From: Cyanophora paradoxa CCMP329
Taxonomy: Eukaryota > Plantae > Glaucophyta
Direction of reading: 5' to 3'
DNA: 64,000 nucleotides
Assembly: GCA_004431415.1 (NCBI GenBank)
Contig: QPMI01000039.1
Coordinates: 496,001 to 560,000, forward strand
The translations under genes were made by a program, and so were the position numbers. The notes beneath the pieces were generated by a model that was not told where the DNA came from, did no database searches, and saw only the letters and a program-made list of their open reading frames with translations. This document shows, one piece after another, positions 1 to 13,300 of this stretch; the first letter of the stretch is position 1, and each line of letters opens with the position of its first letter.

Positions 1-28
1 GGATCCAGTCACAATTGTTTGTTTGCAA

Positions 29-50
29 CCAATCCAATCCAATCCAATCC
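29..50. repeat. (CCAAT)n pentanucleotide microsatellite
   Basis: ccaatccaatccaatccaatcc read directly, just past the predicted 3' end of the beta-helix gene. Confidence 0.85.
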
Positions 51-93
51 GAATTAGAGCCCCAATTGTTTGCAACATCTGCGATTGAAGAGC

Positions 94-2050
94 TTATGTT
101 ATTACGTATACTAAGTTAGACATTGAGTCGAAATCGATGTCGTCTTCGGTCGGCCAGAAGTCGTCTTCGTGTAGCCAGTTGCCCGGTCGGAAGAGCTCGT
201 CACGTAGAACATTGATACCTGCGCAGTGATGTATCAACTTCAAATCGATGTCACTCATGAAAAACAAAACCGGCAGTTGCGTCCATACCGTCGACGATAT
301 ACGTATTGCCGTCGAGATGGCAGCACGTGCAGTCGGGGCCGACGTCGATCGCGTCCTTCAGGCGGGGGCCGAGCCGCTCCAGCGCGTTCCCCGTCACAGC
401 GCCCTTGCCGCCGTTGCTGACGAAGATGCCCCACTGCTGGTCGTGGATCCTGCGCAGAGGCAGCCGTACACGTCCACGTGAGATGGCCGCGGGGTGGGGT
501 TAGAGGGCGATCATGAGGGAGACATAGAAGAGTACAATTGCAAGCTTAAGCTGAAGGGCGTACCGGTTGTCCAACACGACGGGGTCCGCCCCGGTCTTGA
601 TCTCGATGCCCGAGCGCGCGTTGCCGTAGATGTCGTTTCCCAAGAACGTGCCCCGCCCCTTCTCCCGCACGAGGATGCCGCAGGCCTCGCCGTCGTGGAC
701 CTTGTTGCCCCGCACGAACGGGGCCGCGCAGGTCTGGATCGCGAAGCCGCCGAACCCGTTGCCGTAGACGTCGTTGCACTCCGCGACGCCCTTCGCCGAT
801 TCATGGAAGAGGATGCCGGCCTGGCCGCAGTCGTGCACCGTGTTCCCTGCGCACGCGGAATCGGTCAAACAGAGGGCCGGGCGCGGGGTTGGGGCGCCCA
901 CCGCGCAGCGTCGGGGCCGTTCCCTCGTCGCGAACTTCGATGCCGCTCAGTCCCGCACCGAACACGTTGCAGCCCTCCACGACCGCCCGGCTCCCGCCCG
1001 CGATCCACACCGCAGAATTCTTCGTAGCTGCGTTTCGGATCGTGATGCCCTTGACGCTGGGCGCTGCGGGATCCTCGCAAAGTAGCGTGACGCCTTGGTC
1101 CCACTCCAGCACCGCCTCCCGCGGCCCGACGATGCTCACATCCTTGTCCAGAACCACCTGCTCGTAGTACCTGGCGCCCGCGGACGACAATATTAATTTC
1201 GCCAAAACGGCGACCGCCAGCAAACGCCATAGCTATAGCATTCAAATGTACATATACACGTGCACCGGCCGGGGCTGAGGAGGATAGTCTGCCCGGGCTT
1301 GGCGAATCGCACGGCATCCATAATCGAAGATCCGGGGCCAACATTAATCTCAAATGTGGCGTCCTGCGATCCAGTCATCGTTGTCACGTGCACGGAAAAT
1401 TAAATTGAATATCTCGATATTGATTGCACTTGACGCGCCGTAATTTCTACATCCTCAACGGGTCGCGGCCTCCACTGCATCGCAGCCTTTCGCTCAGGAT
1501 CCGTAATCTCAATTGCAAGGATCCCCTGCTTCAAAGGCGTCGCATTCTCTGCGTCCTCATTCCGCTTGCGCTGAACGGCTGCCTCTCGCTCCGCAGTCTG
1601 GAGGCGATCCTGAAGAGAAGAGCAGTGAGCAATACGAAGTACGTATACCGAAGAACGCTGGCCATATGCATGGAGCGTACAGCCAGGGCACGGCGCTCTG
1701 CATTTATCGCGGCTGTATACTTGCGCGCGTGTTTGGATGCGACGGCAACCTGCGAATATCGTACCTAAGTTCAAGCATACAGGTGCACGTGAATTCGAAT
1801 CGATTTGGCAACTCAAAGAACATGAACCGCGGTTTCCGCCGCAGCCAGACGCTCCTGCGCATCGGATCGGCGACAAAATTGTTGAAGCTAACATGTGCGA
1901 AAATAATTCTGAACCGAACGTAACGCACAGCGAAGGCACAACGCTCGGACTCGAGCTCGGTGTCCGCGCGCGCGAGCGCGTCGACGTCGGCGGCTGCACG
2001 CGTTCGCTCCGATCGCGAGCTCGAGGAAGCCACAGCCGGCAGCTGCAGCG
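94..2050 (-). CDS. Coiled-coil + right-handed parallel beta-helix (PbH1/Beta_helix, FBXO11-C-terminus-like) protein, paralog 1; multi-exon, 5' end uncertain
   Basis: Spliced exons read EINVGPGSSIMDAVRFAKPGQTILLSPGR|YYEQVVLDKDVSIVGP...GNTVHDCGQAGILFHESAKGVAECNDVYGNGFGG...GNDIYGNARSGIEIKTGADPVVLDNR|IHDQQWGIFV, typical N-x-I-x-x-N-x-x-x-GI beta-helix rungs. Last exon ends TAA at 94-96. Upstream exons are Ala/Glu/Arg-rich. Confidence 0.75.
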
Positions 2051-2680
2051 GAGTAAATATTAATCGAGGGTTGAAAACTTTTGTTCATCGAAGCTTAAGG
2101 CACCGCGAGCTCAGAATTCACTGCGCCCTGCATGCGCAGTTGCGATTTCATGCATAAATATATATATTGCAATATTGGTGATCTGCGCATGCAAGAGCGA
2201 GCATATGCATGACCGAGTACCTCGTCGATATCAGCGTGGCCCTGGACAGCTGCAGCGTTGGAATCATCCGATGACCTCGCCGTCGGCGTCTGCAGCTCAT
2301 GATCGAGATATCAACGCGCGAATTCAAAAATGCGCGGCGCAGGCGGCCGCGGACATCGATCGCGACGTCGACCGACCTGACGAATTCGAATGCGTAAACG
2401 CGAGAAGACGAAGTTCAGGCCTGCAGCCAGCATGCTGATCGATATTGATATGGAGATCTGAGAAGCTTAAGAAGCTTTTAAGAAGACAGAGAAATAGCTA
2501 GAGGAATGTTTGAGCTAGAGGATATATAATGTGTACGTATACATGTACAGATCTAGAGGCCGGGGAATTCGGCACAGCCTAATTTTCGGGAGAGCCAGCT
2601 AAAGGCCATGCGGAGATCTAGAGCTCGAGAGGCAGAACTCTGGGAGTGCATGCAGGGCGAACGGAAAAACACGAGAGCTC

Positions 2681-4097
2681 GAGGGGCGCGCGGCGATGCG
2701 GCGGAGTTGCCAAGGACCGTGCCGCAGTGCATTATATTATGATTATTGACAGCTATCCGCGTACAGAACCGCCCAAAGAGATCCGGGCTAAAGAAGCGAG
2801 CGCCGCGAGGACAGCGAGCCCGGAGCTAGCGGGTGGCCTTCGACGGGGTGAGCTCGGGGCGGGGGGCGGGGCCGGCGGGGCCGGGGCCGGGGGCCTGCGA
2901 CGGGTCGCCGAGGCAGAGGAAGGAGCGCCAGAGGTCCCCCAGGAGGCCGCCCCCCGGGGCGCACTTCTCCCCCCCGCCCCGCCCCCCGGGCCCCGGGCCC
3001 CCGGCCCCGGCCCCCGCTGCAGCCCCGGCCCCGGGCTCTCCGGCCGCAGCCCGAGCGACGCCAGCGCCATCGGCTCCGCCCCGTGCCCCTCGCCCGCCGC
3101 CCCGCCCCGCGCCCCGCCCCGCGCCCCTCCCCGAGCCGCCGCGCCTTCTCCTCCACCCGGCCCCGCACCTAGGCCTGCCCGCCCCGCGCCCCTCGGACCG
3201 GCGGCCCCGGCCGCGGGCCGGGATCGGATGGGATGGGATGTGGGCGGACCTGGACGCGGGCGAAGCGCCAGCCGTGCTCGACCTCGGCGATGCGGGCGGC
3301 GCCGTCCACGGCCGCCTCCTTGCCCCCGGCGCCGCCAGGCCCAGGATCGCCCGGCACTTGGCCGCCAGCGCGGCGCGGAACTCGGGGCTCACCGCCCCGC
3401 CGTCGCCGACGCGGGGCCCGCCCCGCCCCCGCCCCCGCCCCGGCCCCGGCCCCGGCCCCCGCCCCGGCCCCGGCCCCGGCCCCGCGCCGAGGCGCTGGAG
3501 GACGTAGCGGGCGGCCTCGGCGCGCTGCTGGCCGGCCCGCGCGGCGGCGGCGCCGGAGGGGCGCTTGGGCTTGGCCCCGGCGGGCGGCGCCGGCTCCGCC
3601 ACCGCCGCCTCCAGCAGCATGTCCAGCATCTGCCGCCCCCGCCCCGCCCCGCCTCAGAGCCGGCGGGGCGGGGCCGGGCCGGGGCGGGGGCGGGGGCCTG
3701 GAGGCGGAGGACTTCGGCGGCGGCGGGGCTCTCCGGGCACGTCACCGCCACCGTCTCCCGGTTCTGCCCCCGTCAACGCGGCGCGGGGCGGGGCGGGGGG
3801 GGGGGGGGGGGGGGGGGGGGGGGCGGGGGGGGGGTACCTGGAAGAGGACGCGCCCCTCGCGGCGGACGACGTACTGGATGGAGAGGGGCGGCGGGCCCGC
3901 CCCCGCCCCCGCCCCGCCCCGGCAGGCCCCGCACGATGAACCCCGCGATGGCCTGCGGCGCGCGTGAGGCCGGAGGGGCGCGGGGGCGGGGCGCGGGGCG
4001 CGGGGGCGGGCCTCGCCGGTGCGGGCGATGGGGACGAGGGCGGGCGCCGGGGGGCGGGGCAGCTCGAGGGCGTAGGGGGGCGAGACGGCGAGCTCGA
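2681..4097 (-). pseudogene. 5'-truncated duplicate of the 3' end and 3' flank of the CH/Ig/VWA gene (copy of ~7257-8643)
   Basis: Close match to 7257-8643 including introns and 3' flank. Homology stops abruptly at ...acggcgagctcga (4097), followed by unrelated AT-richer sequence. Confidence 0.85.
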
Positions 4098-4338
4098 GGA
4101 GGAGGATGATGTTAACGTTCGCGAAATACTTATGTGGATGATGAATGATAACCACGATTAAAATCGACACACAGCAGCATGTTATAAATTATATAACGCT
4201 CTGCGCCCGGGGCGGCGTGGCCCTACGTATACGAACGACAACGTCTCTGATTCTGTAATTTAGATGCGACATTTCTATGAAACATTGTCGGCATCAATAT
4301 TAAGTTGCCATGCAGGGGAACTTCGGGGAAGGTCTGCT

Positions 4339-6830
4339 CTAACGGACGGTGTTGCCCTCGAGGCGGCAGCCCGCGCAGTCGGGCGCCACGTCGATCGCCT
4401 TCTCCTCCCCGCAGCCGAGCCGCTCCAGCGTGTTCCCCGCGACGGTGCCCTTGCCGCCCCTGTGCACGAGGATGCCCCACTGCTGGTCGTGGATCCTGCG
4501 GGGCCCCGGGGATGTTATTCTAGATTATTGAAGCCCAGGAACAGGCAAGGTATTGGATTAAGTTAGAAATTATCGTCAGGGATGAAGCCTAGAAGCATTA
4601 TTAGAGAATGTCGCACCGGTTGCCACGCACGACGGGATCCGCGCCGCCCAGGATCTGGATGCCTGCCTTCGCGTTCCCGTAGACGTCGTTGCCCTCGACC
4701 GTGCCCCGCCCGTTGTTCCACACGACGATGCCGACCTGCTTGCCGTCGCGGACCTTGTTGCCCAGCACGACGGGGTCCGCGCCGTCACTGATCTGGATGC
4801 CCGAGGAGGCGTTGCCGTAGACGTCGTTGCCCTCCGCGACGCCCTTCGCCGACTCGTGGAAGAGAATACCCGCCGCGCCGCAGTCGTGCACCGCGTTCCC
4901 TGCGCAGTGCCGATTGGTCGGAGGTTCCGGGGCAGGGGCGGGGGTTCATGCATATAGCCACCATGTAGCGTGGAAGCCGTCCCCGCGTCGCACACTTCGA
5001 TGCCGTTGAGGCCCGCGCTGGACACATCGCAACCCTCGACGGCCGCCCGGCTCCCGTCCGTGATCCACACCGCACAGTGCGTCGGCGCCGAGCATCGAAT
5101 CGTGATGCCCTTGACGCTCGGCGCCGCGGGGCTCGAGCAGTGCAGCGTGACGCCTTGGTCCCACTCCAGCACCGCCTCCCGCGGCCCGACGATGCGCACG
5201 TCCTTGTCCAGCGTCATCTGCTCGTAGTACCTGTCGCCATCAAATCAGCACGATGGATCGCTAGCAAAAGATACCCCAGCACGGATCGACGGTAAGCTGC
5301 AGATACACACCGGCCGGGGGCGAGGAGGATAGTTTGTCCAGTCTTGGCGGATCGCACGGCATCCATGACTCTGGCTCCGGGACCGACAACGATCTCGCCG
5401 CCATGAATCCCAAACAAGGCGGCCTGGGATGCGAATCAAGGCTCACATGTAACTAGAAATAAGCAGCATTCGACGTCGACGTGCCTTCGCCTCTACGTCT
5501 TGCGCACGCCGCTCTGCGTTATCCGCCCGCTTCTGCTGCGCCGCTGCCTCTAGCTCCGCAGCCTTGAGGCGAGTCTGATCACAAAAGCCCGCATCATTAG
5601 CGCGCCGTCTCGTCGCTGTGGAGGGTTCGGGCGCACGGCGAAGACGCTCCGCTCTGTCTCCATTGCCCGTTCCGAAGTGGTTGCGCGCTCCGATGCAGCA
5701 GCCGCCTGCGAAATCTGGCCTCAATACAATAAAAGCAAGAGTAACTCCGGCAGCTTTGGGCTCTAAGAATTCGCACCTTTTTTGCGGCTTTCGCTGCAGA
5801 TTTCGCGGCCTGAGCGGCCCCTTTCATTACTTTATAAACGGTCCCCGCAGAATTCAAGAAGTAATATTGAAACAATAGTATCGCCACAAACCTTGGTTTT
5901 GGCCTGCTCGGCCCGGCGCTGCTGCCGGGCGGCCTCCGCCTCCGCAGCATACAGACGCCTCTGCGCGAAATTCAAGTTTGGTGAGATCCGTTTGTTTGAT
6001 CATCGTATTGGTCCGCAAACATCGTTTGGGATTACGGTAACATGCACATGCACATGGTTAGATGTAAATGTGCGTGTAAAGCCGTGAACCAAACGCACCG
6101 CGAGGTCGCGGCGCTCGGCGTCCGCGAGGGCGGCCTTGCCCTCGGCCTCGGCCGCGCGCTCAGAGGCAGACGCGGCCTGCATTTGCGAATTTCGCAATCA
6201 GCTTTAGTGAAGCGAGAGTACTCGTGCTGGATTCGCACCAACTTCGCCGCCTCTTCTGCGGATTTCTTTTCCATGCATATGGCGGCGGTGAGGCACTCCT
6301 AAGTTTCGAGATTGAGGAATCGTGGATTCTCAAAGGTGCATTTCGCAAACAGAACCGCACCGCCTTGGCCTTCGAATTCTCCTCGGCGGCGGTGACGAGC
6401 TCCGAAGTCACCGCGTCCCGCGCAGCGGCCTGATACATGTAAGAGCGACATCGATCGCCAGTAGAACTTCGGAAACGGCGCTCGCGCTCGGTCATCAAAT
6501 TCGCACCGCCAGCTCAGATTCCATCACCTCCCGCGCAGCAATTCGCACACTCTGCGGGCCGTCCGTCGAGTGAAGACACTACAAGCGAATGCGTGTGCGT
6601 TTCGGACCTCGCTGATTGCGGCGAGCAATGTGTCGGAATAATCCGGGAGGGACGAGGCCTGCAAAACCCGAATCGATCAACGCGACGCGCGTGAATTTTC
6701 GAAGGAACGTACACGTGCGGCGTGCGAGACATGCATACGCGCACCTGATCCTCAAGCGCTCCGCGATCATTCTCGGACCCTAGGCCTGCAGCTCGCTCCG
6801 CGATCATTCTCGGACCCTAGGCCTCAGCTC
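4339..6830 (-). CDS. Coiled-coil + parallel beta-helix protein, paralog 2; multi-exon, 5' end uncertain
   Basis: Same exon structure as paralog 1: GEIVVGPGARVMDAVRSAKTGQTILLAPGR|YYEQMTLDKDVRIVGPREAVLEWDQG...GNDVYGNASSGIQISDGADPVVLGNKVRDG...; ends EGNTVR* at 4339-4341. More upstream coiled-coil exons, e.g. AASASERAAEAEGKAALADAERRDLAVR. Confidence 0.75.
6757..6830. repeat. ~37-bp tandem duplication
   Basis: cgctccgcgatcattctcggaccctaggcct(g)cagctc occurs twice head-to-tail. Confidence 0.85.
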
Positions 6831-7395
6831 CTGCCGCATGCAGCTCGCACTGTGTATGAAAAGGCGGCGAGAAAATTGCGATCACTCACCCGCGTTCAAA
6901 TCCGTGGCCAGCTGCGCGTCAGCGTCGCGAACAAGCACCATCTTCGAGGCTTGTTAAATTGGGAAACTTTGATCGAAGAGAGAGAGAGAGAGAGGAGAGC
7001 CGAGAGGGGAAACGTTAAGGAGGAATTAAATTATAGAAGCTAAAGGGGATTAATTCGGGAAGGCGAAATGAAATTAAACCCAACGGGTGAACAGAAAAAG
7101 GGGAGAGAGAAGTCGAAGAGTCGAAGAGAGAGAGGAGAGCCGAAAGATCTAGAGGAAACGCGCAGGAGCAATTAAAGGCTCAAGGGGATTAATTCGGGAC
7201 TCCGGGAAGGCGAAACGAATTTACGGGCGAACGAGAAAGGGCGAACGAAGGGCCCAGAGGGGCGCGCGGCGATGCGGCGGAGTTGCCAAGGACCGTGCAT
7301 CATAATTATAGACAGCTGCCCGCGTACAGATCAAGAACAGCCCAAACAGATCCGCGCCGACGGAACGAGCGCCGCGGGGGCCGCGCAATTGCGAG

Positions 7396-10300
7396 CTAGC
7401 GGGCGGCCTTCCAGGGGGCGAGCTCGGGGCGGGAGCCGGCGGGGCCGGCGGGGCCGGGGCCGGGGGCCTGCGGAGGGTCGCCGAGGCAGAGGAAGGAGCG
7501 CCAGAGGTCCCCCAGGAGGCCGCCCCCCGGGGCGCAGTTCTCCCCCCCGCCCCGCCCCCCGGGCCCCGGGCCCCCGGCCCCGCTGCAGCCCCGGCCCCGG
7601 GCTCTCCGGCCGCAGCCCGAGCGACGCCAGCGCCATCGGCTCCGCCCCGTGCCCCTCGCCCGCCGCCCCGCCCCGCGCCCCGCCCCGCGCCCCTCCGCGA
7701 GCCGCCGCGCCTTCTCCTCCACCCGGCCCCGCACCTGCCCCGCCCCGCGCCCCTCGGACCGGCGGCCGCGGCCCGGGATCGGATGGGATCCGATGTGGGC
7801 GGACCTGGACGCGGGCGAAGCGCCAGCCGTGCTCGACCTCGGCGATGCGGGCGGCGCCGTCCACGGCCGCCTCCTTGCCCCCGGCGCCCCCAGGCCCAGG
7901 ATCGCCCGGCACTTGGCCGCCAGCGCGGCGCGGAACTCGGGGCTCACCGCCCCCGCCGTCGCCGACGCGGGGCCCGCCCCCGCCCCGCCCCGCCCCGGCC
8001 CGGCCCGGCCCCGGCCCCGGGCCGAGGCGCTGGAGGACGTAGCGGGCGGCCTCGGCGCGCTGCTGGCCGGCCCGCGCGGCGGCGGCGCCGGAGGGGCGCT
8101 TGGGCTTGGCCCGGCGGGCGGCGCCGGCTCCGCCACCGCCGCCTCCAGCAGCATGTCCAGCATCTGCCGCCCCGCCCCGCCCCGCCTCAGAGCCGCCGGG
8201 GGCGGGGCGGGGGCGGGGGCGGGGGCGGGGGCGGGGCGGGGCCTGGAGGCGGAGGACTTCGGCGGCGGCGGGGCTCTCCGGGCACGTCACCGCCACCGTC
8301 TCCCGGTTCTGCCCCCGTCAACGCGGCGCGGGCGGGGCGGGGCGGGGCGGGGCGGGGCGGGGCGGGCGGCGAGGGGTACCTGGAAGAGGACGCGCCCCTC
8401 GCGGCGGACGACGTACTGGATGGAGAGGGGCGGCGGGCCCGCCCCCGCCCCGCCCCCGCCCCCGCCCCGGCGGGCCCCGCACGATGAACCCCGCGATGGC
8501 CTGCGGCGCGCGTGAGGCCGGAGGGGCGCGGGGGCGGGGGCGGGGCGCGGGGCGGGCCTCGCCGGTGCGGGCGACGGGGACGAGGGCGGGGGCCGGGGGC
8601 CGGGGCAGCTCGAGGGTGTAGGGGGGCGAGACGGCGAGCTCGAAGAGAAGCGTCGCGGAGTACAGGAACGAGGCGAGCGCCACCGCCTCAAGTTTCTGCT
8701 GCATCTCCGCTGCCCCGCCAGCGCTCGGCGCGGAGCGGGCCGGGGCGGGGCGGGGCGGGCGGGGCGGACCGGAGTCGACGGAGGCGTAGACGAAGCCACC
8801 CTCGTCGGTGCCGGCCTCGCGGCGCAGGCGGTCGAGGAACTGGAAGTCGATGTGCCGCGAGAAGCCGATCGCGTGCACCGCCGTCCGCACCCCGAACGAC
8901 GCCCGCACCTGCCCGCGCGGGCGCGGCGGCCGCGGCCTCTTCAGACCGGCGCGGCGGCGCGGCGGGCGGCGGGCGGCGGCGGGCGGCGGGGGGCGGTGGC
9001 GGTGGGCCGCACGCGGTCGGCGACGGAGCGGAGGAGCATCACTTCGGCGGCGGGGAAGTCCGTCTGCGGGGGCGCCCCGCAGGCGTCCGCGTCGGCTCTA
9101 AGGAGCGGCGGGGGCGGCGCTCGGAGGACCTTGGGGAAGCGGCGGCCGTCGGTCATGAAGGCGACCGCCACGTGCGAGACGCCTGCGGGCGCCGCGGCAG
9201 GCGTCGGCGGCGTCGGGGGCGGGCGATCGGCCTAGAGATATCGCCCTTGAGCTTTCCGGCGCTGCCTAGAGATTCGGGGGGCGGGGCGGGGCGGGGCGGG
9301 GCGGGGCGGACGGTCGGCGTTGCGGGCGAGCTCGATGCCGGAGAGAATCTCCGCCACCTTCGCCAGCGGAGGGCCTGCGCGCCCCGCCGGCCCCGTCGGC
9401 GCCGGCTCGGGCGGGAGGGGAGGGGAAGGCAGCCGCACCGAAGTCGGTGTTGCCGTCGCACCTGTCGAGGGGGAGCGGAAGTAACGATCAGAAGGCGACA
9501 CAGCGTATGCCGTCTATGAACTTTTACTACTATTGTAGCTCCCCCCCCCCCCCCCCCCCCGCCCCCGGCTCCGCGCACATGGCCTGCTCGATGACGGAGA
9601 CGTAGTTCGACTCGTCGAACTTGAGCTCCGCCCTGCCGCGGGCCCCGCCCCGTCGGACCCGGGCGGGCGCCTCGAAGGCAGGTGAGGTGCGGGGCGTACA
9701 CGAAGTCGTTGTAGAGCAGCACGCGGATCTGAGGGGAAGGGAGGGAGCTCAGAACACTCAGGGGGCGAGGGTTCGGGGGCGGGGCGGGCGGGGCGGGCAC
9801 GGAGAGGAGGGAGCGGAGGTGGGGCGGGGCGGCGAAGGCGCGCCCCACGAGGCGCTTCAGGGAGGCCCGCACGTGGCCCCACCTGCCGCCCCGCCCCCGC
9901 CCCCGCCGTCAGATGGAGCAGGAAAAGGGGCGGGCCCGCGAGACAGACAAGGCCGCGACTACGGCCCTAGGCCCTAACGACCCTAATCCCGATGGCGACA
10001 GGATGCTAAAGATAACGGCTCCGGCTCGGGCGGACGGGGGCGGGGGCAGGGGCGGGGCGGGGCGGACGAGGAGGTCATGGAGTTGGAGCGGTCGATGACG
10101 AGGACGAGGAGCTGCCGCTCCGCCACGCTCTCCGGCGGCGCCCGCAGCGCCAGCCCCACGTGCACCTGAGGCGGGCGTTAGAGAGAGACGGGGCCCTCTG
10201 TCTTTCGGTGTGGGCGGGCGGGGCGTGCCTCGCTGGAGCCGTCCTCGGCGCGCCGCAGCAGCGCCTCGGCCCGCATCCGCATCGTCTCTGCCCGCGCGAG

Positions 10301-13300
10301 CGAGGGAGGGAATGAGCGAGGGGCGAGCTCGAAGGCTCAGAAGAGGGCGGCGGACCGCGCGGGGGGTCGACGAGAACGGCGAGGGGCTCCCCCGCCGCCT
10401 GCCCCTCCACGATTGCCTGCCCGGATTGCGATCTATTTATAGAAAGGGGGAGGGGGGTACAGCCGGGGACGGCGGGCCTGGAGGACGTAGGTGCCGGAGG
10501 CGCGGGGCACGAAGGCGACCTCGTACTCCCCCGGGGCCCGCCGCTGCAGCGCGCAGAACGAGAGCTCCGGCCCTGCGAGGCGCCACAAATCAGAGGGGAG
10601 GACAAGGGAAGAAAGGGAGGGCGTGGGAGGGGTATGCCTTCGGCGTCGACGGCGACGGAGGACGGGTTGGGCGCGTCCACGGGGCGGCCTGGGGGGGGGG
10701 GTACGCTGGGTCGAGAGGGCGTAGGGGAAGATAGGTCGGGACGGGGGTACCGGAGGCGTTGCGGAGGGAGAGGATGCCGATCCAGGGCTCGTGCGCCTGA
10801 GGGTACGGGATTAAGGGGGAAGGGAGGAGGGAGGGGCGAAGGGGTAGGGCGGACCTGAACGGGGCCCGGGGCGCGGCCGGGGGCGGGGCGGAGGGTGCAG
10901 GAGGGGGGGTGGGGCCCGCCGGGGACCAGCAGGAAGGAAACGGGCACGGCGACCTGCGGGAACCGCGAAATTCAACGTCGCCCTCTAGAAAACGCTCTAA
11001 CGTCTTCCTCCTTCTTCTGGAGGCGTTGGACCTGGCGGGCGCCGTTGGCGACGAGCTCGAGGGCGGGGCCGCGCTCCGTCGCTCGGTCCGGCCCGTACCG
11101 CCCCGCAAAGGCCGCCACCTAGGGGAAGAGCTCAGCGAGGCGGGGGACGAAGGCGCGGGGCGCGAGATGAGTAGAGGGAGGAGGGGGCTGACCGGCACGG
11201 CGATCCCGATGCGGACCGTCTCGCCTGCCGCCGCCGCGGGTCGACGTCTCAGGCCGATGCGCGCAAAGAACAGCAGGAGCAGCGGTGGAGAAGGCAGGCA
11301 CCGGGGCGGATGCGGCCGGCGGCGGGGGTCTCGAGGACGAGGGGCGAGGCCGCGCGGCACTCCCACGCGACCGCCGCTTTCCCCGTGTTGTGCACCGCCA
11401 GCGTGCTCTAAGAGGCGGGGCTCGGTCAGAGCCTTGGATGGGATGAGCTGGATTTAGTAGGAGGCGGCTGCGACCTTCGCGGTCCCCGGGGCCCCTTCGT
11501 CGATCCGGATCGTCAACGTCGCGGGGTCCGCCCTCAGCACCGCTGCCGCGCAGTCGTTAACGTTGTCGAATGTTGGGCGGGCGCGTCCGCGCACCGGGGA
11601 CGGTGCTGACGGAGAGGGGCACCCTGAGCTCGCGGCCGCCGCCCGACGAGAGGATCAGGTTGCCGGCGGCGACGGGCAGCGCGGTGGACGTCGCGACGAG
11701 GCGCGCGGCGGCGCGGTCGCCCGGGGGGATGCGGAAGGGCCCGGGGGGCTCCATGCGCAGCCAGGGGTAGTTGCCCGTGTCGGCGTCGACGTGCAGGGGC
11801 GCCGCCCCGCGGTTGAAGAGCGTCAGGCCCCGCTCGCAGCTCGAGCCGGGCGTCACCTACCGGCGGGCGGGCGGTGAGGGCGGAGCCAGGGGGCGGGGGT
11901 GCAAACGTTCGCAGATGATATTATAAAAGCTGGTTTAGAAGAAGCTTGGATCCGTTCGCCGTGAACTTGTAAGGGCGGGTGGGGGGAGGGCACCTCAAAG
12001 CCGAGGGAGCCTGGGTCCACGGCCAGCACGCCTGCCCCGGCCCGCCCCCGGCCGCCCCGTCAGTCAGAGAGAGCAGAAGAACCCTCGATCAGACATTATA
12101 TGAGAGTGTAGCGGACGTACCGCCGTGGAACTCGATGGTGACGGGGACGTGGAGGGAGCGGCCGGCGCCCGTGACCGTGAGCGACTCGCGCACGGCCCCG
12201 TGCGCCGCCGCCGCCGGGCGGCATGCGACGTCGACGTCCACGCGCTGGCCCTCAGGCACCGTCCCCGCCCGCTGCGCAACCTTCGGGCCGACTGTCAGAG
12301 AATGCGAATTTCAGCCTGCGCTGCAGGGGTACCTGGAGCCAGGCGCTGGAGGAGGCGACCGCGAACTGGAGCGCTGCAGAAAGCTCAGAGAAAGCTCAGA
12401 GAAAGCTCAGAGAGCTCAGATCTGACGCACCGCCGCGGCCGCGGTTGAGGACGGTGAGGCGGGCGGCGGCCGATCCGCCCTCTGCCACGGCGAAGGAGAG
12501 GGAGCCCGGCTCCACGGAGAGCGAGCCTGGCGCCGCCCCAAAGCTTAGGAGAAGAAGATGGAAAAGGCCGAGGAACAAGAGACGGCTGCTGCCTTCGAGG
12601 AGGGACCATGTGATGGGGACGCGCGTCTCGCGGCTGCCCCCCGCGCTCCGCACGACGACGCACTCGGGGGGGACCTTCTGCACCTCCGGCGGCCTGGCGG
12701 GAGGGTTGGGGCTGGGGAGGAGAATTGTCTAAAAAGCCGTACCCCCGGCAGGAGAGCTGCAGGATTGTGGAGGCCCCCGGGGCGATGCGGCCCGAGGGGG
12801 CGCCTGCGCAGAGCCCTCGGCGGGGAATACGCGAAGAGAGATGAACAGCGTACCCCGGGCGAGCTGGACCCAGCCGGTGGGGGGAAGCTCGACGGAGTAG
12901 TCGGCGGGGCCCCGGCCCGTGTTCGTGAGCGCGAGCTCCCGCAGCGAGGGCGTACCCCGCTCGATCTCGAAGGCCAGCGAGGCAGGCCGCACGTCCAGGG
13001 CGCCCTGGAGGGGGAATCAGGGGGGTACATGCGAAACCGGGACCAGAGGGGTACCTCGAGGCGGGAGATGCGGGTGCGGACGGGCATGGTGCGGTCCCCC
13101 CCAAAAATGAACAGCACGTCGACGACCTGGGGGATGCATGGGTGGGAGGGGTACAGGGAAAACGCGTGGAGGGGGGTACGGCGCACGTCGGGGAAGGGGT
13201 CGGGGACCTCGGGCCCGCAGACGAGGCGGACGGGGCGGTGGCCCCCCGGGGGGATGGAGCCGGAGGGGGGTACGGGGTCGGCGAGGTGGATCCAGGGTAC

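Noticed and set aside
29-50. (CCAAT)n as a telomere or CAAT-box promoter
   Set aside because: Short, internal, downstream of a stop codon and not a recognised telomeric unit.
94-6830. Calling the beta-helix genes FBXO11 or pectate lyase
   Set aside because: No F-box, UBR zinc finger, signal peptide or lyase catalytic motif seen; only the fold-level repeat is supported.
6960-7260. GA-rich purine tract with partial internal repeats
   Set aside because: Low-complexity intergenic sequence with no diagnostic structure.
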